Source: an uncultured Neomegalonema sp.
Lineage (GTDB): Bacteria > Pseudomonadota > Alphaproteobacteria > Rhodobacterales > Rhodobacteraceae
NCBI GenBank assembly: GCA_937958345.1
Contig: CALGNW010000005.1
Location: forward strand, 1-43,607
Direction: 5' to 3'
DNA length: 43,607 nt
Position numbers and translations under genes: made by a program. Shown piece by piece: positions 38,080 through 43,607 of this stretch (its first letter is position 1; each line of letters begins with the position of its first letter). The notes below the pieces were generated by a model, which was not told where the DNA came from, did no database searches, and was given only the letters and a program-made list of their open reading frames with translations.

Positions 38080-39141
38080 CTAACCTGCTGCGTCCGCGCT
38101 GGAGGTCAGAGCGGCGGCGCGGCGCGGGAACAGGCGTGGCATCGGAATCCGCGCCCAGCGTTGTTCCTGTTCGGTCGGAACCCCTGCCGCCTTCATCGCA
38201 TCGATTGACCACGCGCGGCGGTCGCGCAAAATACCGGCATAGAAATCGAGTGCGCCGGGCCGGTTATAAACGCCCCAATGGCACACTTTTCGGGGCGGTC
38301 CGCCGCCAATCACGACACCGCGCACCGACAGCCATTCCTGCAACGCCGGACTGTCGAGTTGCAGATCGAGCCAGCCGTCAAAATCCTCGCCCATGCCGTG
38401 TGACCCGACGCAAATCGGCGTCACGCCCTTGATCTTTGGCGCGAAGCGTTCGACCAGCACATCGAAAAAATCATTCTCCCGCGCGACCACGCTGTAAATC
38501 TCGGGCTTGCGCGCAGGGGCGGCGAGATCAATCGCCTGCATCGTGTCGCGGGCCACGCTGACCAGTTCAGCCGGTCCCAGCAGCAGCACGCGCCCGACCC
38601 GCTCCAGCACATCCGTCCGGCCCCGCCGCGCCGCAACACGCAACGCCGTCAGCGCAACACGCGCGCCGAGGCTGTGCACAAAAATGTCGATGTCGCGCGC
38701 CGGATAAGCTTCGGCCAGCATTTCGAGCGTGCGCAGCAGGGCACGCCCCGCCTCGCCCGCCTCCTGATAGGCACGGCAAAACGCGCCCATGCGCTGGTTC
38801 GGACGGCTCGACCATGCGAACCCGACACAAAGGCCGTCGATGCCCCACGGGTCGCGCTCGCGAAACCCGAGGCCGGCGGGCCAGCTTGCGGGCCGTTGCC
38901 AGCGGTCGGCCTCCACACGCTCCGGGTCAAAATGATAAAGGTAATCGTGCGGATTGGCAGCGTTGGGGTCGTAGGGGTCGAATTTATACCCGTGGACCAT
39001 CACGACCAGCGGCTGTGATTTTCGAAGGGCGGGCGCGGCGGCGCGAATGGTGGCAGGCGAAATTTCAGGAGCCTCCGCGCCCAGCGCGGGGTCGAAAACC
39101 AAGGGGCTGCGCCCCGAAACGGCGAGCCTGAGCATCGCCAT
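38080..39141 (-). CDS. Alpha/beta-hydrolase-fold protein (DUF900-like esterase/lipase)
   Basis: PLVVMVHGYKFDP and the nucleophile elbow FVHSLGARVAL. AGGAGG RBS. Confidence 0.65.
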   Translation of the reverse strand: MAMLRLAVSGRSPLVFDPALGAEAPEISPATIRAAAPALRKSQPLVVMVHGYKFDPYDPNAANPHDYLYHFDPERVEADRWQRPASWPAGLGFRERDPWGIDGLCVGFAWSSRPNQRMGAFCRAYQEAGEAGRALLRTLEMLAEAYPARDIDIFVHSLGARVALTALRVAARRGRTDVLERVGRVLLLGPAELVSVARDTMQAIDLAAPARKPEIYSVVARENDFFDVLVERFAPKIKGVTPICVGSHGMGEDFDGWLDLQLDSPALQEWLSVRGVVIGGGPPRKVCHWGVYNRPGALDFYAGILRDRRAWSIDAMKAAGVPTEQEQRWARIPMPRLFPRRAAALTSSADAAG

Positions 39142-39373
39142 AAGTCACCTCCTGTTTGGCCCGTATCGTACTGCCGGTTCCGCTTTGCCCGGCTTAACCG
39201 GTGTAACGACGATCCCGCGGCGTTGTTCCAACCTGAAACGGCCCTTGACGCGGGCGGTTACACATCTAGCCTTGCACGTATGATCGCGGCGTTTCCGTCG
39301 CTCGTGCTCACATCTTACATCGCTGATGCTCGCGTCATCTGTGCGCATGCTCACATAATGCAGGAAATATTCC

Positions 39374-41701
39374 ATGAAGTTCGGAATCGGACAGTCCGTT
39401 TCGCGTGTCGAAGACCCCCGATTGCTGAAGGGTGCGGGCAATTATGTTGATGACATTACCTTGCCGGATCAGCTTTACGGTATGGTATTTCGCTCGCCCT
39501 ATGCGCATGCACGCCTGATTTCATTGGATATTTCGGACGCTGTTGCCACGGCGGGCGTTCACGCCGTCTATACGGCGGGCGATCACAGATTGCGTGGATT
39601 AGGCGAACTTAAGACTCAAATGCCCGTTAAAAATGCCGACGGAACCGACGGCGCGTATCCCGGCCTGCCCCATCTGGCCGAGGGCATCGTCCGCTATGTT
39701 GGACAACCCGTCGCCTTTATCGTGGCCGACAGCATCCGCGCCGCCAAGGATGCCGCCGATCTGATTATGGCTGATTTCGAGGACTTGCCCGTTGTCGTCG
39801 ACGGCGAGGCGGCTCTGAACAGCGACGCGCCGCAACTGTTCGATGATATTCCCCGCAACCGCGCCTATGATTGGGAGGTCGGAGATAAGGCCGCGACCGA
39901 TGCCGCCTTTGCCGCCGCTGCGCATGTGTCAACGCTGCGGATGGAGAACACGCGGGTGATCGTCAACGCGATGGAACCGCGCGCGATCAACGCGGCCTTT
40001 GCGAACGACCGCTGGGATATTCACGTCTCGACTCAGGGCGCACACGCAATGCGCGGGCAAATTGCAGCCGTGCTGGGCGCGGACCCCCAACAACTGCGCG
40101 TGCGCGTGCCCGATGTCGGCGGCGGGTTCGGCATGAAGCTGATGCTGCATCCCGAATACGGCCTCGCCTGCGCCGCCGCGCGCGATTTAGGCCGCCCTGT
40201 GAAATGGACCGGCGACCGTTCCGAATCCTTCCTCAGCGATCTTCAGGGCCGCGATCTGACCACCTATGCCGAGGCGGCCTGCGATGCAGACGGAAAGATA
40301 CGTGCGATGCGGTTGAGTTCGGTCTCCAACCTCGGAGCGTATCCATCGCGCGCGGGACCGTCTTGTCACACCACATTCTGCGGAGACCTCGCGCCCACGG
40401 TCTATAACATCCCGACGATCCATAACCGTGTGCAGGGTGTCTATACCAACACGACCCCGACCGACGCCTATCGCGGCGCAGGCCGGCCCGAACAGAACTA
40501 TATTATGGAGCGGCTGATCGACCGTGTCGGCGCGGACCTCGGGATTGCGCAGGACGAGATCAGACGCCGCAACCTCGCCACCCCCGATATGATGCCGTGG
40601 ACAACCGCGCTGGGTATCCCGTTCGACAGCGGCGATTTCCCCGGCATTCTGGAGGCAACCGTCGAGCGCGCCGATGTGAAGGGCTTCCCCGCCCGCCGCG
40701 CCGCCGCCGAGGCACGCGGCAAGCTGATGGGCATGGGCGTCGTGTCCTATATGGAGCGCACCGGCGGCGCACCCGAGGAAACAGCGCGTATTGAAATCTT
40801 CCCCGCCAAGGACGGTCAGCCCGACCGCGTTCGGATCGAGGTCGGCACACAGTCCACCGGCCAAGGCCATGAAACCGCGTTCCCGCAACTCGTCCACGCC
40901 AAACTCGGCGTGCCCTATGAGTGTATCGAATGGGTGGCGGGGGATTCCGACAGCCTGCCCCAAGCTGGCGGGACGGGCGGATCACGCTCGGTCATCATGG
41001 CCAGCAAGTCATTTTTTGCCGCCTCGGATGAAGTGATCCGGCTTGCGAAGCCCGGCGCTGCGGATGAGTTGGAAGTCTCAGAAGCGGATCTGGAATTTGA
41101 AATCGAAAACGGCGGGCAATTCCGCGTGGTCGGAACCGACAAAACCGCGACGCTGTTCAGCGCCGTGTCGCGGCTGGAGGGCGGGACGCTGAAAGGCGAG
41201 GCAAAGGTCGGCGGGGGCAGCAAGTCTTTCCCGAACGGATGCCATATCTGCGAGGTTGAGATCACGCCCGAAACCGGCGACGTCAGGCTGACGAAGTATA
41301 CCGTCGTTGACGATTTCGGCACGCTGCTGAACCCGATGCTGGCCATCGGACAGATCGTCGGCGGCGTGGCACAGGGCGTCGGAGAGGCGCTGCACGAAGC
41401 GGCAATTTATGACCCCGAAAGCGGCCAGCCTCTGACAGGATCGTTCATGGATTACCAGATGCCGCGCGCCTACGACCTGCCCGCCATCGACGTCGATTTC
41501 CGTCCGACTTTCTGCACGACAAATCCGCTGGGCGCGAAAGGATGCGGCGAGGCGGGGACTGTCGGCGCGGCGGGCTGTACCGTCATTGCCGTGCTGGATG
41601 CCCTGCGCCCGTTCGGCATTAAAGAGATCGACATGCCCGTCACACCTGCGAAAGTGTGGCGGGCGTTGCAGGGCGCGTCGTACAAAGAGGCAGCGGAATG
41701 A
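39374..41701 (+). CDS. Xanthine dehydrogenase/aldehyde oxidase family molybdopterin-binding subunit (form-II CoxL-like)
   Basis: 775 aa. The active-site loop AYRGAGRPE matches the form-II CoxL-type AYRGAGR rather than the CO-dehydrogenase form-I AYRCSFR. Starts MKFGIGQSV.RVEDPRLL.G.G.Y.DD. Confidence 0.9.
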   Translation: MKFGIGQSVSRVEDPRLLKGAGNYVDDITLPDQLYGMVFRSPYAHARLISLDISDAVATAGVHAVYTAGDHRLRGLGELKTQMPVKNADGTDGAYPGLPHLAEGIVRYVGQPVAFIVADSIRAAKDAADLIMADFEDLPVVVDGEAALNSDAPQLFDDIPRNRAYDWEVGDKAATDAAFAAAAHVSTLRMENTRVIVNAMEPRAINAAFANDRWDIHVSTQGAHAMRGQIAAVLGADPQQLRVRVPDVGGGFGMKLMLHPEYGLACAAARDLGRPVKWTGDRSESFLSDLQGRDLTTYAEAACDADGKIRAMRLSSVSNLGAYPSRAGPSCHTTFCGDLAPTVYNIPTIHNRVQGVYTNTTPTDAYRGAGRPEQNYIMERLIDRVGADLGIAQDEIRRRNLATPDMMPWTTALGIPFDSGDFPGILEATVERADVKGFPARRAAAEARGKLMGMGVVSYMERTGGAPEETARIEIFPAKDGQPDRVRIEVGTQSTGQGHETAFPQLVHAKLGVPYECIEWVAGDSDSLPQAGGTGGSRSVIMASKSFFAASDEVIRLAKPGAADELEVSEADLEFEIENGGQFRVVGTDKTATLFSAVSRLEGGTLKGEAKVGGGSKSFPNGCHICEVEITPETGDVRLTKYTVVDDFGTLLNPMLAIGQIVGGVAQGVGEALHEAAIYDPESGQPLTGSFMDYQMPRAYDLPAIDVDFRPTFCTTNPLGAKGCGEAGTVGAAGCTVIAVLDALRPFGIKEIDMPVTPAKVWRALQGASYKEAAE

Positions 41702-42123
41702 AGCATCTTCTCATCACGATTACAGGCTGCGCCGTGATGGCGGGTTGCGGCGTCGGACCGGCCTTTGAAGATACAAGACCGATGCGCAACACCAATGATA
41801 TGCAGCAACAGACCATTGCGGGCGCGACCTGTACGCGCGGCGAAAAACCGTTCACGCTGATCGTTGACCGCGACGGAACCGCGACAGGCCGCCTGATCGC
41901 GCCGCCGCCGCCCAAGGGCGAAAAGCGCAGGATCATGCCCGAATTTGCCGCTGCGCTGACCCCGATCGACCGCGACACGGTCGAGTTGGTGGTCGCAGAC
42001 GGCATCGTCACGGGCGAGGCCGTGCGCGAGCGCATGACGGCGGTTCTGAAAAACGGCGAGGCCATCCTGCGCGGTGACAGCTTTGACTGCACCGGCATCC
42101 GCGTGCGCCCGGCAGGAGCATAA
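41698..42123 (+). CDS. Hypothetical lipoprotein
   Basis: ATGA overlap with the molybdoenzyme stop. MKHLLITITGCAVMAGCG signal peptide with lipobox. Confidence 0.55.
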   Translation: MKHLLITITGCAVMAGCGVGPAFEDTRPMRNTNDMQQQTIAGATCTRGEKPFTLIVDRDGTATGRLIAPPPPKGEKRRIMPEFAAALTPIDRDTVELVVADGIVTGEAVRERMTAVLKNGEAILRGDSFDCTGIRVRPAGA

Positions 42124-42179
42124 TGGCGGCGATTATTGCCGCTGTTACGCAACTCCCGAAAGCGGATCAGCGCAGGCGG

Positions 42180-42536
42180 CTATTTGCGCGCGATGTTCAG
42201 CTTATGCGTGCGAAGCTGTCCGTCGGGCCATACACTCGACTTGCGCGAGGTTGCGACCTTCGCGGCCGCACAATCACAGGGCTTCTCGCCGATTGCGCCC
42301 TCGTGGTGCAACTCCAGCGTCGCCTCATGCGCACCGACGTCCAGCTTTACAAAAACAGGGCCGCGGTCGCTCAAACGATAGGCGCGCTCTGACACCGCAA
42401 CCGCGCTGTCCCCCACGCAATGCGCAAGGCGGCGCGCTTCTTCGGGTGTCCACCCCGACGAGGTCGCACACTCTGTTACCCACGAAATCGCGTCGCTTGA
42501 ATCAAAGCTTTCCGGCAAAAATCGGCAGTCGTTCAT
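42180..42536 (-). CDS. Hypothetical protein (weak resemblance to small HATPase/anti-sigma-kinase-like proteins); start 42536 or 42551
   Basis: The only plausible ORF in this gap. No firm motif. Confidence 0.35.
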   Translation of the reverse strand: MNDCRFLPESFDSSDAISWVTECATSSGWTPEEARRLAHCVGDSAVAVSERAYRLSDRGPVFVKLDVGAHEATLELHHEGAIGEKPCDCAAAKVATSRKSSVWPDGQLRTHKLNIARK

Positions 42537-42765
42537 AGCCTGTATCCCCATACAGTATTCTCGGACGCCCCCTTTTCAAAACAATGCAAGGCGCGCGCCC
42601 GAAGTCTGATGCCCCAGCAATTTCAGTGTCTCAAGCTTTGCCTTCAATCACGTTAAAAATAAGAGATTTGCATCACATTCTCTTCATTTATCTGGCGGGA
42701 AAAGTCCGCTTGTCAGGCCGTAAGTTGTGGTGCAGCGTGGCGGTCCTTTTTACCCGGAGAGTCCT

Positions 42766-43607
42766 ATGAAAGCTGCCGTATGCCGCGCCTTTGGCGCACC
42801 GCTCATCATCGAAGATGTGGCGCTCGCCGCGCCCAATTCGGACGAAGTCAGGGTGGACATAAAGGCGTGCGCGATCTGCCACAGTGACCTAACGTATATT
42901 GATGGCGGCTGGGGAGGAGACTTGCCTGCGGTCTTCGGCCACGAGGCGTCGGGCATCATTGACTCTGTCGGGGCGGGAGTGACCGATTTTGCACCGGGGG
43001 ACCGTGTCGTCGTGACACTCATCCGGTCTTGCGGAACCTGTCATTGTTGTACGCAGGGCGCGCAGGTCGCGTGCGAAACGTCGTTTCCGCTCGACGCAAA
43101 ATCACCGCTGAGCGTCGGGGGCGAGACGCTGAAACACGGGCTGCGCACAGGCGCGTTTGCCGAACAGGCGGTGGTCCACCAATCGCAAATCGCAAAGATC
43201 GACGACGATATCGGGTTCGACGTCGCGTCCCTGCTGGCCTGCGGTGTCATCACGGGTTTTGGCGCCGTGGTTAACACGGCGGCGGTTCCGGTCGGCGCGA
43301 CGGTGGCGGTGATCGGCCTCGGCGGCGTCGGCATGAACTGTATTCAGGGGGCGGCGGTGGCGGGCGCAAGCACGATCATCGGACTGGATATCGCAGCGGA
43401 TAAAATGGCCCTCGCCAAAGACTTCGGCGCGACCCACGCCGTCGATGCCGCCGCCGATGATGTCGCCGCGCAGGTCAAGGCCCTGACGAACGGGCGCGGT
43501 GCGGATTACGTCTTTGTCTCCGTCGGCTTGAAACGGGCGATTGAAAGCGCGCCGGATATGCTCGCGCCGCTGGGGTCGATGGTGATTGTCGGGATGCCGC
43601 CAACGGG
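42766..43607 (+). CDS. Zinc-dependent alcohol dehydrogenase (MDR superfamily), 3'-truncated by the window edge; not in the ORF track
   Basis: Hand-translated: MKAAVCRAFGAPL...CAICHSDL...FGHEASGII.SVG...GDRV...CGTCHCC...VIGLGGVGMN. GGAGA RBS at 42756-42760. Confidence 0.85.
   Translation, partial: MKAAVCRAFGAPLIIEDVALAAPNSDEVRVDIKACAICHSDLTYIDGGWGGDLPAVFGHEASGIIDSVGAGVTDFAPGDRVVVTLIRSCGTCHCCTQGAQVACETSFPLDAKSPLSVGGETLKHGLRTGAFAEQAVVHQSQIAKIDDDIGFDVASLLACGVITGFGAVVNTAAVPVGATVAVIGLGGVGMNCIQGAAVAGASTIIGLDIAADKMALAKDFGATHAVDAAADDVAAQVKALTNGRGADYVFVSVGLKRAIESAPDMLAPLGSMVIVGMPPT

Overview
GC-rich segment that looks alphaproteobacterial (Rhodobacteraceae-like). It is densely packed with about 45 genes, mostly transport and accessory metabolism. 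All calls come from motifs read in the supplied translations and from hand-checked start/stop contexts; no homology search was run. The ORF track translates GTG/TTG starts as M, so several starts were re-derived.

Gene content, left to right:
- EamA/DMT transporter, hemB and an outer-membrane beta-barrel protein.
- A dCache/HAMP histidine kinase, convergent with and overlapping a minus-strand operon: TAXI-TRAP binding protein, fused permease, USP, FixJ-type response regulator.
- A ThDP-dependent enzyme.
- A LacI-headed sugar-type ABC operon carrying a GH63-like glycosidase and a trailing cytochrome P450.
- An AT-rich intergenic region plus an orphan ORF, then VanZ-like and His-rich membrane proteins.
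- A cytochrome c' / cytochrome b561 pair, a lytic transglycosylase, an MFS transporter and an FAD-linked oxidase.
- An orphan TadG/TadE/TadE-like pseudopilin trio.
- A Co-type nitrile hydratase operon (alpha, beta, accessory, HIT, VOC) preceded by hxlR.
- An ABM monooxygenase, a DUF1287-like lipoprotein, a secreted DUF255 thioredoxin-domain protein and an alpha/beta hydrolase.
- A form-II CoxL-like molybdoenzyme subunit with a coupled lipoprotein gene.
- A 3'-truncated Zn alcohol dehydrogenase that is missing from the ORF track.

I saw no rRNA, tRNA or CRISPR array.

The one clear mobile-DNA scar is a 1.18-kb AT-richer cassette at 32807-33923. It is bracketed by 64-bp direct repeats that duplicate the 5' end and upstream palindrome of hxlR. 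It carries an orphan protein with RusA-like motif spacing, a small ORF and an IS1595-type transposase remnant.

I do not see a convincing multi-gene novel system. The cassette and its orphan protein are the best candidate. The TadE/G trio, the P450-capped sugar operon and the AT-rich palindrome cluster are secondary leads.
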